Source: a virus
Taxonomy: Duplodnaviria > Caudoviricetes
DNA length: 64,000 nt
IMG/VR virus record: IMGVR_UViG_3300028603_000018
Span: 1-64,000 of that record
Reading direction: 5' to 3' (one strand)
The translations under genes were made by a program, and so were the position numbers. The notes beneath the pieces were generated by a model. The model was not told where the DNA came from. It made no database searches and worked only from the letters and a program-made list of their open reading frames with translations. Position 1 is the first letter of the stretch; each line of letters starts with the position of its first letter. Of this stretch, positions 47,819-58,714 are shown piece after piece.

Positions 47819-50665
47819 TTACCAGTCTTTAAGCTTTTGATAATTCTCTTCAGTATACGAAATACCTGTTAAATTATCAGCATTAACATCCCTATAAACA
47901 TCGACTTGATGATATTTTAATTCATTAATTAGATTATCTAATTCTTTAGCATCTAAGCTATCATCAACATCTAGTCGAATATTCTCTAAAGTCTCTAAAG
48001 TTAGAATAAGGTCATTAAGGTAAGTCTCATCATTTTCAATAGATTCTACTGACACTTTAGATTGAGTCTTAACCCCCATAATCTCTTCAACTTGACGCTT
48101 ACTCCATTCTAAGATATCCTTACTGCGTGTAGAGATATTATCTACTCCACCTGTATCTAAGAAGATATCATAGATATCAACTTGTTCAGTTTGACCTAAA
48201 CGAGCACATCGAGCAATAGTTTGTGTCCTCTCATATTCTCTAAAAGGCGCATTTAACATGATGATAGTGCTACACATAGTTAGAGGTACTGCGGCACTAA
48301 GAGAATCATAGGTAGCAACGAGGATTGTGTAGTCAGGATTATTTCGCATATCACTTAAGATCTTAACTAAGTTCTTATTAGTGTCTGCATAGACAACATG
48401 ACACTTAACCCCACGCTCTGTAAGTTGCTGTTGTAGACTCAATACTACTTGAACAAAGCTTGTAAAGAATACTGTTTTGCTATTAGAGGCGTTTGCCATA
48501 TCTAAGAGAGTTAATTTCTTATCCCCTCCTTTCTCATCCATGACTAAATCAATATTAGCAATCTCTAGGTTACACCTAGTCCTAATACCGCCTAGAATCC
48601 TTCCTAAGGCTTCTCCTTGAATCTTTAAGGTAACATACTTATAAACACTCCTAGCTTCTCTAAAGACTTGTTTATCAGCACTGTCTAAGTAAGGGATGAT
48701 GAATTCTTTTTCGAACTTATTACACCATGCAGGTTCAGTCTTATGAATTCTAGGATCATAATTCTTACGAAGAGTAGTAGCTACTTTAAAATATCCATTG
48801 ATACTGTCAGCTAAACCAGGTTTCTTTAATTTAACCATTTCTAAGCATCTGAGATAGTCCTCAACATAACTATCCATATGTTCTTTATAGTACTTACTTC
48901 TTTCTACAACAAAATCACCAATGACTTTCTTAATATGTGGTAAGGTATAATCACTACCGTCTTTTAATTTAACACTATATTCATGAAAGTCAGGCTTATC
49001 AGTAATAACAGATTCTTTTGTTATAGTAAATTTAACTAAACCTAATCGATGAGCAATAATATCGTTAGCTTTACTGGAGTTCTTGCCAAAGATTTCTCTA
49101 AATCTTTCCTCAGCTCTGCTATTAAATAAGTTATCAATAGTTTTAAGCATAGGAATAACTTCTCTACCCATTGCTTTTAAAGGTGTACCACTCATCCATA
49201 ATACAAAAGCTTGATTAATGTAAAGACATAAATCAATAAAGTTTTGAGTTCTATTACTAGTACTACCACTCTCATTCATGTTGTGACATTCATCGAGAAT
49301 AATAGTTACCTCACCTAAACTATCTGCTTTAGTTTTATAAAGCATAGGTAAGAACTTTTCTAAGTATTCGTAATGGATAACATAGATACCTTTTTCTACT
49401 GTACTAAAGTTTTCATTAGTACTTAAGAAGTAGTTCTTAGGTTTCTTAAATAATCCCTTAATACTAACTTCCCATGGGTCCTTAATAGCATTTTTAGGAC
49501 AAACGACAATAACAGTATCTGAGTGTAACATTGCACTCACAGCTAAACTCATATAAGTGTTATGAGTAACTACCCAGTCATCAGCAATGTAGAGTTTATC
49601 AGGATGATCAATTTCAATACATTGAACAGGTTCCACTCCTATTTTTTTAATTGATTTGATCTTTATCTTTCTATCATCGGGATTAACAGGTAATACACCA
49701 TTAACAAAACATTCATTAAAGCGTTTGTAATGAGTAGCGATGTAACCTGCTTGTCGTAATTGATCTTCTACAAAAGCACCCTCTACTTCCCCAACTACTT
49801 TAAAAGTAAGGTTGCTATCATCACCACTGATATTACTATTACCAACTCTAACTCTTAATTGATTAACAATTTCTTTTTTGTTTAAGCAAACAGGTAAATC
49901 AATAGAGAGGGAGGTGATGTTAAAGATCTTATTATTCTCAAGAATCTGAGCTAAGCTTAAAATGCGGCGACCTAACCATCTAGAATGATAAACACCCCAT
50001 AAATGCTCTAGACAAGAACGAGTTTTCCTACCATCACTGAATTCAATTTCATAAACCTCCATCTCACCTTGAGGATATACGCCTTTAACAGTAGTTTCCA
50101 CCCCCGACCAAGCTAAGATCTTATCACCTACCTGAATATCTTTATTTAGAATAAAACCTTGTCTGGTTCTAAGTTTTGTATATAGAGGTTGAGCTTTACC
50201 TGTACCAGGCGCTGAGTCTAAAAGATAGCCTCTGAGGTTTAGTTTTTTCGCCTGGCTAGTAAGATGGTTGAAGAAGTCTTGCTGTGCTACTTTAGGTTTA
50301 AAGACAAATTGATTTAACTGAGATTGATCTAGAAGAGGTTCTTGAACTTCTTCATTAAGACTGCTTAACCATGTATTCTCTTTTAGACTATCTCTAATTT
50401 TAACGAGTACACGATTAGGAGTATGAGTATAACGTCGTTGGATAAGGGATTCGATAATATATAGAAACTCAATACCAAAGAACTTATTAAAAGCAATTTC
50501 TTTAGGTTTTTGATAAGAAAATAAATTATCAGTAATTTTACGAGTTCCCCATTGACGTCGAATATCTTCCATAAAGGGGATACTGTCAATACCTTTAATA
50601 ATAATCAAATCATTTCTTTCTTCTACAGTAATAGAAGAAATTAAAGCAGTAAAGAAATTAAACAT
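47819..50665 (-). CDS. Superfamily 2 (SNF2/DEAD-like) helicase, intein-containing
   Basis: SAPGTGK|T Walker A split by an intein, ILDECHN, MSGTP, QTIARCARLGQ. Confidence 0.92.
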   Translation of the reverse strand: MFNFFTALISSITVEERNDLIIIKGIDSIPFMEDIRRQWGTRKITDNLFSYQKPKEIAFNKFFGIEFLYIIESLIQRRYTHTPNRVLVKIRDSLKENTWLSSLNEEVQEPLLDQSQLNQFVFKPKVAQQDFFNHLTSQAKKLNLRGYLLDSAPGTGKAQPLYTKLRTRQGFILNKDIQVGDKILAWSGVETTVKGVYPQGEMEVYEIEFSDGRKTRSCLEHLWGVYHSRWLGRRILSLAQILENNKIFNITSLSIDLPVCLNKKEIVNQLRVRVGNSNISGDDSNLTFKVVGEVEGAFVEDQLRQAGYIATHYKRFNECFVNGVLPVNPDDRKIKIKSIKKIGVEPVQCIEIDHPDKLYIADDWVVTHNTYMSLAVSAMLHSDTVIVVCPKNAIKDPWEVSIKGLFKKPKNYFLSTNENFSTVEKGIYVIHYEYLEKFLPMLYKTKADSLGEVTIILDECHNMNESGSTSNRTQNFIDLCLYINQAFVLWMSGTPLKAMGREVIPMLKTIDNLFNSRAEERFREIFGKNSSKANDIIAHRLGLVKFTITKESVITDKPDFHEYSVKLKDGSDYTLPHIKKVIGDFVVERSKYYKEHMDSYVEDYLRCLEMVKLKKPGLADSINGYFKVATTLRKNYDPRIHKTEPAWCNKFEKEFIIPYLDSADKQVFREARSVYKYVTLKIQGEALGRILGGIRTRCNLEIANIDLVMDEKGGDKKLTLLDMANASNSKTVFFTSFVQVVLSLQQQLTERGVKCHVVYADTNKNLVKILSDMRNNPDYTILVATYDSLSAAVPLTMCSTIIMLNAPFREYERTQTIARCARLGQTEQVDIYDIFLDTGGVDNISTRSKDILEWSKRQVEEIMGVKTQSKVSVESIENDETYLNDLILTLETLENIRLDVDDSLDAKELDNLINELKYHQVDVYRDVNADNLTGISYTEENYQKLKDW
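49559..50194 (-). mobile_element. Ala1 class-3 intein (212 aa), endonuclease reduced or absent
   Basis: Starts AQPLYTK after GK; EHLW (block B), VQCIEID (block F), VVTHN|T (block G): WCT signature. Confidence 0.88.
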
Positions 50666-50768
50666 GTTTATATAACCTAATAGTTTATTTTTTTTTGTAC
50701 ACTAATCATAGAATGACAGCATAACTGGGAGTCCTAAAAAGGACTCCCTCTATGCCGTTTACCATAGA

Positions 50769-52316
50769 TTAGAATTCCCACATGGGTTTTTCTTCTTCTC
50801 CATTTTCATTCACAATAGCGCCAGGTGTACTAACACCTAAAGTAGGTCCATGAAGATCATCTTGTAATCCTGCTTCTGGATGAAAGGGTAGAGCACAGAA
50901 TAGATCTTTATCAGCAACTACAGCACCACCTTGACGATACTTACCACGAGCGCATGTTAAATACTTAACACCATTAATAGATTCAATATGAATAAGAATC
51001 TCTGCATCAACTTCTTGGTTAATCTGAGTAGAGCCTGAATACATACTCTTGTTCACAAACTCTTTAACTAAGTTATCTCTACCTTCACGAACCATCTTAG
51101 TAGCATCCGGAGACAGCTGCCAAGGCGTAATGAAAGTGATACCTCTGGCGCTCATGAAATTTCGGACCCTCCTAACAAGATCCCTTTTATCTTCACCAGT
51201 TGCTCCTTTTTCACAACCAGTAGTAGGAATCATCATTAAATAATCCAGCATACAAAGCTTTACACAATAACCTAAAGATTCTAACTCAATGATCTTTCTT
51301 TCAATATCTCGATAAGTCCAAGCGCTAGGGTTAATACGCATAAAGCGTACATGCCATCCATTAGCACTCCACTTCTCATGGATATATGCCCTCATGTATT
51401 CTGAGGTCATGTCACTGATAACAGGGACTTTCTTTTCTGCGTTAAAATACGTATCAGTAAAGATCTTTGTTAAGTTATCAGTAATTTCATCTTCTGCACT
51501 AATTCTAAGTAAGAGGGGTTTCTTACCTTCATCTTCTTCCCTTAAGAAAGGAGTATTATAGATAGCAGCATGACGAAATAAAGCTAAGGTAAAACCTGTT
51601 TTATGTTGGTGTTGTAATGCGCCTACTAATAATGTCTTACCAGCTCCTAAAGCACCTCTGAAGAATTTATTGATATGTTTAAAACCAAAAACAAAACTAC
51701 CAATACCTTCTTCTGCTTTCTTAGCTTGGTCAAAGACAGTCTCTACAGCTTTAGAGTCACTGAGATCAAAATCAGCAATAACCGCAGGATCTTCACTATC
51801 TCCTTTATTTAAGAAAGGTTCGATCTCTGAAACAGACTGCATTAAATACTTAGGAATATCATCAACATCATCTCTACTGAACTTTAACTTTTTAGCTTTT
51901 TCATAAAAGAGTTCAATAGCATTAGTATCTCTTAAATACTTATTTAACTTCTTCTCTAAACTAACTGCACTCCCAGCAATCTCTTCTTCAGTTAACTCTG
52001 CTTCAATCATGACTTTCATTGACTCTAGTAATTGAGAGTCATTGCCACAGTCAATAGTAATCTGTTGAAGGAGGGTTAGTTTATCAATCTCACTTTCATT
52101 GACGAGTTGTTTAATTGTTTTAATTAAGCAACTAATAGCATCTCTTTCTTGATCTAGACCACCTCCAGTTAATTCAGGGAGCTTTATCAACTCTAACACC
52201 TGGAGAACTAAACTAGAAGTAGAAGTACTCTTATGAGGTAATTTAGATTTTAAAAATAGTAAAGTAATACAACTAGCTAAAAGATGTTTATTATTCATAT
52301 GGCGGGTTTGATACAA
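50769..52316 (-). CDS. DnaB-like replicative helicase, phiKZ gp118-like
   Basis: Family-type P-loop GALQHQHKTG, ISAED, LDYL, TPWQLS, QEVD, ARGKYR; position next to capsid gene. Confidence 0.88.
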   Translation of the reverse strand: MYQTRHMNNKHLLASCITLLFLKSKLPHKSTSTSSLVLQVLELIKLPELTGGGLDQERDAISCLIKTIKQLVNESEIDKLTLLQQITIDCGNDSQLLESMKVMIEAELTEEEIAGSAVSLEKKLNKYLRDTNAIELFYEKAKKLKFSRDDVDDIPKYLMQSVSEIEPFLNKGDSEDPAVIADFDLSDSKAVETVFDQAKKAEEGIGSFVFGFKHINKFFRGALGAGKTLLVGALQHQHKTGFTLALFRHAAIYNTPFLREEDEGKKPLLLRISAEDEITDNLTKIFTDTYFNAEKKVPVISDMTSEYMRAYIHEKWSANGWHVRFMRINPSAWTYRDIERKIIELESLGYCVKLCMLDYLMMIPTTGCEKGATGEDKRDLVRRVRNFMSARGITFITPWQLSPDATKMVREGRDNLVKEFVNKSMYSGSTQINQEVDAEILIHIESINGVKYLTCARGKYRQGGAVVADKDLFCALPFHPEAGLQDDLHGPTLGVSTPGAIVNENGEEEKPMWEF

Positions 52317-52491
52317 ATTCTCTTAGTATTTAGATGTAATGTATGAAAACAATTTCTCTTTAATTGGATTTAAATATAGAAAGAGTTCATACTGGACATA
52401 TCATCTATTAGAGGCTATTTTAATTAATTACTAATTAGCTTGAAATACAACCAAATAGTATAGAAAATAAAAAACTTGGAGTAAACATACA

Positions 52492-53094
52492 GTGAAGCAT
52501 TTTAACTCGATACTAATTCCTAATTGGATCGAGCAAGCGATCTTGGCAAATGATAAGTCTTTAGCAGATGTCATTAATTATGATGTCATGCGAGCTATCC
52601 TCAGCCCTGAGGACGTGCTCTATCTCTTACAATTTCAACAACTCAACACAGCTAGCTTTGATAATTCTGTACTAGGATCTAGCATTGAAAACCTTTCTTC
52701 TTACTGGCGTTCTAATACAGAGTGTCCTGAAGAAGTAGAAACCTTAACTAATATTGCTTATAATAGTGTTAATAATTATGAAGCATTCACATCAGGCATA
52801 CTAACTCGTTTTAGTACTGCTGCTGTACTAGGGGCGGAAGATAAGGTTTTTGAGATACATGATTTGAGTAAGAACCTAAGTAATTCCGAACTTACTTATG
52901 CAATTGTGTTTGGACAAAATTCTCTAAGTACTGAAGCCGTTAATACAATGAGTCTTCAGACTAAATATGACTTAACTGAATCGTTATTAAAAGCACTCTA
53001 TTCTCGCTTACCAACGGTTCAAGTAGCACTACTTCCTATTACTAAACAATATATTGAACTAATGAAAATTAGAGTAAATACCAACGCACTATAA
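52492..53094 (+). CDS. Conserved core-block protein, phiKZ gp119-like by position
   Basis: Between helicase and major capsid gene; GGAG RBS. Confidence 0.6.
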   Translation: MKHFNSILIPNWIEQAILANDKSLADVINYDVMRAILSPEDVLYLLQFQQLNTASFDNSVLGSSIENLSSYWRSNTECPEEVETLTNIAYNSVNNYEAFTSGILTRFSTAAVLGAEDKVFEIHDLSKNLSNSELTYAIVFGQNSLSTEAVNTMSLQTKYDLTESLLKALYSRLPTVQVALLPITKQYIELMKIRVNTNAL

Positions 53095-53180
53095 TTAGTT
53101 TGTATCTATTTTAAGATTAAATAGTTTGAGATATAAAACCTTTACAATCTCTTAAGAAATTTTACAAGGATTTTTCATAA

Positions 53181-55412
53181 ATGAAGCCTACTAACAAGAT
53201 TTTCGGTATTAATCAATCGGAAACGCCCGCACTGGGACTTAACAAAGCTATTGATCAGCTCAAAGACAAATTCGATCATGCACAACTGCGTGGATCGGAG
53301 AGTCTGGGTAAAGCAGTTTTCTCCTCGGAAGGTCTGGACCCAACGAGTTCTGTAGCTACTGAAGCTCGTGATCTCTATCAGAACGTTCAAGTCTCTCTTG
53401 AGAGCGTTTTCAAAGATACCTTTGGTATGGTAGAAGACGCTTCCGGTCGTAGCGTTGCTGCTGTTACTATTTCTGAAGCTGGTCAACGTGCTGCCGCTGC
53501 TGCTGCAATCATGGCGACTAACGTCCCTGCTTACCTGCAATCTGCACCACACGTCTCCCGTGGTTCGATGGAATCGATTCCTCTGATCACTGGTACTAAC
53601 CTTTCTTACACGACCTCTAAGCGTCAATTCTCGGCTGAAGCTTACGATACTCGTGAGCTGCGTGATACGACTGTATACTCGATCATCTATAACCAGAAAC
53701 ACGGTAACCAAGACGAGTTCGCAGAATCCTTCTTCCCAACCGTTACGGTCTCGCCTGATCAAGCTGGCTACACAGTCACAATGAACGTGATGACTGTGAT
53801 GAATGAAGTTCGCCGTGACATCTCTGGTGATGAAACTGATTTCGGTCGTAAGAACCTGATTCATGCTGTTATTGACCCAACGATTCTGGACAACGATCAA
53901 ACTCGTCTGGTTCCAGTTTATCGTCCAGAAGCTGCTGCTAACTTCGTTGATCCTGCTCTGGTTCCTCTTGCTTCGTTTGATGTGGCTGGTGAAGCAGTCC
54001 CAACGACTTCGCTCTTATTCGATAACCGTATCGATATTCTGGGCATCTCTCAAACTGAAGCGCTGCTTGAAACCGGTATTATGGATTCGACTGATGCTGT
54101 TGACTCCAGTCTGTTCCTGGACAACGTCGTGATGAAAGTCACTGACGGTGCGGACGATGAAGTGATTCGTCTGAGCACTCGCCATATGCATGAATCGAAC
54201 TTCTATCCAGTTGTACAAGGTAACTTCCGTCAACTGCGTCTGATGTTCGATACTAAAGATGTTCTGGTGGGTGGTAGCAGTGGTGCTATTAAAACCGTTC
54301 GGGGTGCTGACTCTGTTCTGCTTGCACCTATCGTTACTTCTGAACTGGCTGTTCGTCTGTCGTTCGTTGTTTCGGGTCAGATCAACGTTGAAACGGGTCT
54401 TATTTCGCTGCAACGTACTCGTCCAATCGTTTCGGTTATCCGTGACGAACAAGGTAACAAGATTGCTACCGACGATCCTCGCTATCAAACCGTTGTTGAT
54501 CTCTTTGAAGACGCTGAACTGATCGGTTACACTCTGGATGGTTATCGTACCAACTCGAACCGTCGTCAACGTGGTCAGCTGGTTGATACGACCTATCAAT
54601 CGCAAATGTATCAGCCACAGCTGCGTAGCCCAATCACGATCCCACGTCCTGAGACTAACGTTTCTCAGACTGATTCGATTGACATCGCTGCACTGCTGGT
54701 CGCTACAGGTATTCGTACGACTAACGCTGCTATTGACGAGATCTTCAAAACGCAGACCGTTCTGGCTCAACACTTTAATGCTAATGATCCCGTTTCTGCT
54801 ACGCCTACTCTGATGGGTGTTGCTCTGGGTCCAATCCGTCCCTTCTATGAGACTGATGTCATTGACGTTGAAGCTGAGATCAACTCGCTCAAATCGCATG
54901 AGAAAGTTCAGGATATGCAAGCTGTCCTGCTGAACCGTATCCGTGACGTAGCTTATCGTGCATGGCGTGATTCGGGTTATAAGCCTGTTGCTGATGCACT
55001 GGCTGGCGGTATCTCGAAGAAGCCAACTGTACTGATCGGTACTGATCCAGTTATCGCTAACTATCTGATCACTCCAGGAGATGTTCGTACCCTGGGTGCA
55101 GAAATGGACTTCAAGATCGTTTCGACCTTTAACCAGCGTGTCAAAGGCCAGATCTTTATTACCTTCATCAATCCGGATTCGGCTAAGTCTGGTGTGCCAG
55201 ATCCGCTGACCTTCGGTAACATGGGTTGGAAGCCTGAACTGGTTATCGCTCTGCCAACGTACTTCAACGGTGCTAACAGCCGTCAGATTACTGTACAGCC
55301 TTGCTTTATCCACTCGATCAACTGCCCGATCCTGGCGCACTTCACTGTTGTTAACCTGGATAAAGTCACTCGCGTTCGTAACCCGATCGCGTTTGAAGAA
55401 GTCCAACCTTGA
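53181..55412 (+). CDS. Major capsid protein, phiKZ gp120-like
   Basis: 743 aa; FSAE|AYD maturation-type site, QDEFAESFFPT, RTNSNRRQRG, IGTDP, DPLTFG; strongly biased codon usage. Confidence 0.92.
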   Translation: MKPTNKIFGINQSETPALGLNKAIDQLKDKFDHAQLRGSESLGKAVFSSEGLDPTSSVATEARDLYQNVQVSLESVFKDTFGMVEDASGRSVAAVTISEAGQRAAAAAAIMATNVPAYLQSAPHVSRGSMESIPLITGTNLSYTTSKRQFSAEAYDTRELRDTTVYSIIYNQKHGNQDEFAESFFPTVTVSPDQAGYTVTMNVMTVMNEVRRDISGDETDFGRKNLIHAVIDPTILDNDQTRLVPVYRPEAAANFVDPALVPLASFDVAGEAVPTTSLLFDNRIDILGISQTEALLETGIMDSTDAVDSSLFLDNVVMKVTDGADDEVIRLSTRHMHESNFYPVVQGNFRQLRLMFDTKDVLVGGSSGAIKTVRGADSVLLAPIVTSELAVRLSFVVSGQINVETGLISLQRTRPIVSVIRDEQGNKIATDDPRYQTVVDLFEDAELIGYTLDGYRTNSNRRQRGQLVDTTYQSQMYQPQLRSPITIPRPETNVSQTDSIDIAALLVATGIRTTNAAIDEIFKTQTVLAQHFNANDPVSATPTLMGVALGPIRPFYETDVIDVEAEINSLKSHEKVQDMQAVLLNRIRDVAYRAWRDSGYKPVADALAGGISKKPTVLIGTDPVIANYLITPGDVRTLGAEMDFKIVSTFNQRVKGQIFITFINPDSAKSGVPDPLTFGNMGWKPELVIALPTYFNGANSRQITVQPCFIHSINCPILAHFTVVNLDKVTRVRNPIAFEEVQP

Positions 55413-55538
55413 AGTGATAGTCTATTCACTAAGTATAAGCTAGATGGCTTTAAAAGAGTTGATTCTTAACTCTCATTGGCCTATAGCCAAATTGAGTAAT
55501 CGATAGTGAATAGGCCAATATTGTAATACGCTTACAAT

Positions 55539-55578
55539 GGCATAGATAGGGAGAGCAATTAGCTCTCCCATTTATGCC
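55539..55578. repeat. GGCATA...TATGCC palindromic element after capsid gene
   Basis: ggcatagatagggagagc-aatta-gctctcccatttatgcc. Confidence 0.8.
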
Positions 55579-55792
55579 GTACTTTTATTATTTAAGATAT
55601 TTTCACATACACATCACTATCTAGTAACTTAGGTAGAAGTGCCTTTAATTATCTATTAATTCGTTCTTTAATTAAACTCCTAGTATTTGTAGTAATCGTT
55701 CTTTAGTAGTTAGGGAGAGTACTTTCGGGAGAAGTATTCGTGCCAGCCCAGTAGTGTAATAGATAATTAAGAAGATCAATAATTTTTATAAA

Positions 55793-56974
55793 TTGGGGGA
55801 AAATATCGATATGTATAGTGGATTTAATATGCCTAAACATCGATTAGAGAGATCTGATCCATGTAATGGCCATGATTTTAGTCGGGGACCTAGAGTAAAT
55901 GGAACAGGTACATTCACTCTAGAGGTAGAGTATTTTAATTATACTCAATATCATATTCAAGTGACAGGTAACGATGATGTACCTATGGTCATCTATTCTG
56001 ATCCGACAACATGTCCTGATCACAAGAATTATTTAAACCATGTCATTATTTGTTATAATTACAAAGTTCGATATGGTTATTTAAATGACTTCCATAGACA
56101 CGTCAATTCTCAATTAACTGCTGAAACACCGTTAATGAGAAGTCTTCAGATTCAAGTCAATAAAGACTATCCGTTTCATCAGAGTCAAATGACTCGTGAA
56201 TACAAAATTGCTTTTAAGATTCATATCGAGAAAATCCTAAACTCCCCACAAGGGATCTTTGATGAGAATACCTCGAAAGTCTTATCAGTTAATATTCCTG
56301 AAGATAGTCGATTCGTAGAAGTGGGCGCTCCGAATCATATTAACCCAGTCGGTTTAAATAGGGTTAATTTTCCTGCTATGAGTGCGGCTGGATTGACAGA
56401 AGAAGAGAAAGAAAAACTCGATAGCACTATGATTGCTTTCCATGCTGATTTAATCGATAATGGAAACGTTATGTCATCGAGATTCTTTAAGCTCCTAGAT
56501 CAAGTCATAGAACTTAAACCTCGACTTGACTTATCTCGACCTAGTGGATTATATATCTATTATCGGTCAGGAACGAGTCTACGAGGTAGTAGAATTACTG
56601 ATATGCAATTCTTTAAGTTAGATGAAATTTCTGAAGAAATGGGTTTTTACAGAAAGAGAGAAGATACTTTGTCTTCACTAGAACTAAAGAAACTTCATTT
56701 AGAGAAAGAAAAGATCAGAACGGAAAATGAGCGACTAGAAATAGAGCGAGAAGTACTAAAGATAAAGCAGGATATTGACATGTCTAGTGCTGAAGTTAAG
56801 CGCGAACAAATCCAACACGATAAAGAAAAGATGAAGGCTGCTAAAAATCCTAGTGCGTGGGAGAAAACAGTTAGAGTATTTTCTGAAGTGGGGAATGCTT
56901 TCAAAGCTGCTGCTGCTTTTATTGGTGGAGCATTAGCTTTGTATAAAGTATATGAAATGACAAAGTCTAAATAG
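55793..56974 (+). CDS. Core-block protein with C-terminal coiled coil and hydrophobic tail (gp122-like by position; start probably 55811)
   Basis: Between capsid and RNAP subunit genes. Confidence 0.65.
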   Translation: MGENIDMYSGFNMPKHRLERSDPCNGHDFSRGPRVNGTGTFTLEVEYFNYTQYHIQVTGNDDVPMVIYSDPTTCPDHKNYLNHVIICYNYKVRYGYLNDFHRHVNSQLTAETPLMRSLQIQVNKDYPFHQSQMTREYKIAFKIHIEKILNSPQGIFDENTSKVLSVNIPEDSRFVEVGAPNHINPVGLNRVNFPAMSAAGLTEEEKEKLDSTMIAFHADLIDNGNVMSSRFFKLLDQVIELKPRLDLSRPSGLYIYYRSGTSLRGSRITDMQFFKLDEISEEMGFYRKREDTLSSLELKKLHLEKEKIRTENERLEIEREVLKIKQDIDMSSAEVKREQIQHDKEKMKAAKNPSAWEKTVRVFSEVGNAFKAAAAFIGGALALYKVYEMTKSK

Positions 56975-57050
56975 CGCGATATATTAAATTATCACTTAGC
57001 TTAAAATCTATTGTACTACTTGATACCAAAAAAACAATGGAGAACTCTTC

Positions 57051-58688
57051 GTGGAAGATCGTCGTCTAGGTAGACTGATAGATGAGGACACCCCTCAATT
57101 AAACCGAGTATTAGCAGATGGTGTTGCTACAACTCAATTAAAGCGTGTTGTTGAAGGTTTAGATTTTATTTGGAGAAGTGCTTCAGATAGTTTTGTTCCA
57201 GGTTTGACGTATCATGGTATTCGTCATTGCAATCCTAGAGAAATCTATCAGAAAATGACAGCGAGTCGTAAGAACAGCCGACGAGTTTACGAGACGAGTC
57301 GGTCTAATGTATTCATGGTAAAGATTTTGCTTAAGTACGAAGGAAATCCATTACCTGATTACTATCTCTGGTTACCTGCACCAGAGGACGGCGGCTATAT
57401 CGATTTACGTGGATCACGCTTTGTCTTATCTCCTATTCTAAACGACATTGTGTTCTCCCCAGCCAATGAAAACACAATCTTTGTACGTTTACCTCGAACA
57501 AGGATTAACTTCGAACGACTCCATCATGTCTTTGCACATAACGAAGCATGTGGGTCTAACGAGTTAAACGATAAAGAGATTGTACAAGTCACGCATGGCA
57601 AAATCCATCAAAGTAAAGACTCACCGCATATCAGAGCTAAAACTACACTCATGCATTACCTATTAGGTAGGTATGGGTTTGATAATACGTTTCTGAAGCA
57701 TGTAGGCTTTATACCTGAAATTGGGTATGAGGATATCAATATCGATAGGTATCCTCCTAGTGATTGGGTTATTTGTGCGTCGTCTGGTAATAGGCCAAAG
57801 GCTTGTAATAAGAACACGTACAGACCTTCTAAACTACGACTAGCTATTCCTAAGGATAAATGGAGCCAATCTGTAAAGAATATGGTTGCTGGCTTTTATT
57901 ATATCGTTGATCATGCGCCTGAAAGGGTAAATTATCAATGGATTAAATACGAGCGTCCTGAAAGGCTTTGGCGTATCCTATTAGGTTTAATGACATATCA
58001 AGCAGGTAGAAACGAAGAGATTATTGATGAGAAGATTGTAGATCATTATCGCTCACTTAATCATTACGTTGATACTCAAGCAAAGTTAAAACTACAAAGT
58101 ATTGGTTTAGGTTATATTGAAGACTTCTATGAGTTGTTATGGTACATCATGGAAAATATTAACCAAATGCTTCTAGACTCTTCTCGTACATTAAACAGCA
58201 TGTATGGTAAAGAGTTAAACGTAGTTGACTTTGTGATGCAGGATATTAATAACGCTATCTTTCTTTCTGTCTTTGATTTAACTCAACGTCTTAGTACGAA
58301 GAAAATCCTAACAGAAAAAGATGTCGTTGCGATCTTTAATCGATATCTCAAAACTGATCTTATCTTCGGTATTAACAAACCCTCACACGGCGAAGTTACA
58401 ACCCAAGCTATTCCGAATGATAATAAAGCATTGAGATTGACAACATTACTCGTACCTCAGTCAGCGAATGATTCAAAACGAAATAAGAAGTTAAATCTAC
58501 TTGACCCAGCGATTCGCTATCATCCTAGTATCTCTGAGGTCGGAGGTTATACAGTCCTACCAAAATCTAGTCCTGACGGTAGGCGTCGTTTGAATACTTG
58601 TGTGCAAATCGATGAGAACTACAAGATTGTTCGTAATGAGCGGTTTGTAGAGCTTCTTGATACAATCACAGAGCTGACACAGAAGTGA
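57051..58688 (+). CDS. Non-virion RNA polymerase beta-like subunit, phiKZ gp123-like
   Basis: 545 aa; SNVFMVK, YLWLP, LRGSRFVLSPIL, TTLMHYLL..YG, SMYGKEL, HPSISEVG...KSSPDGR.RLN; synteny. Confidence 0.82.
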   Translation: MEDRRLGRLIDEDTPQLNRVLADGVATTQLKRVVEGLDFIWRSASDSFVPGLTYHGIRHCNPREIYQKMTASRKNSRRVYETSRSNVFMVKILLKYEGNPLPDYYLWLPAPEDGGYIDLRGSRFVLSPILNDIVFSPANENTIFVRLPRTRINFERLHHVFAHNEACGSNELNDKEIVQVTHGKIHQSKDSPHIRAKTTLMHYLLGRYGFDNTFLKHVGFIPEIGYEDINIDRYPPSDWVICASSGNRPKACNKNTYRPSKLRLAIPKDKWSQSVKNMVAGFYYIVDHAPERVNYQWIKYERPERLWRILLGLMTYQAGRNEEIIDEKIVDHYRSLNHYVDTQAKLKLQSIGLGYIEDFYELLWYIMENINQMLLDSSRTLNSMYGKELNVVDFVMQDINNAIFLSVFDLTQRLSTKKILTEKDVVAIFNRYLKTDLIFGINKPSHGEVTTQAIPNDNKALRLTTLLVPQSANDSKRNKKLNLLDPAIRYHPSISEVGGYTVLPKSSPDGRRRLNTCVQIDENYKIVRNERFVELLDTITELTQK

Positions 58689-58714
58689 TAAACAAATAAG
58701 GAAATTTCCCAACC

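Noticed and set aside
53175-55406. Long antisense ORFs (241 and 463 aa) and short alternate-frame ORFs over the capsid gene
   Set aside because: Shadow frames: avoidance of TTA/CTA/TCA codons in the capsid gene removes antisense stops; no RBS or motifs
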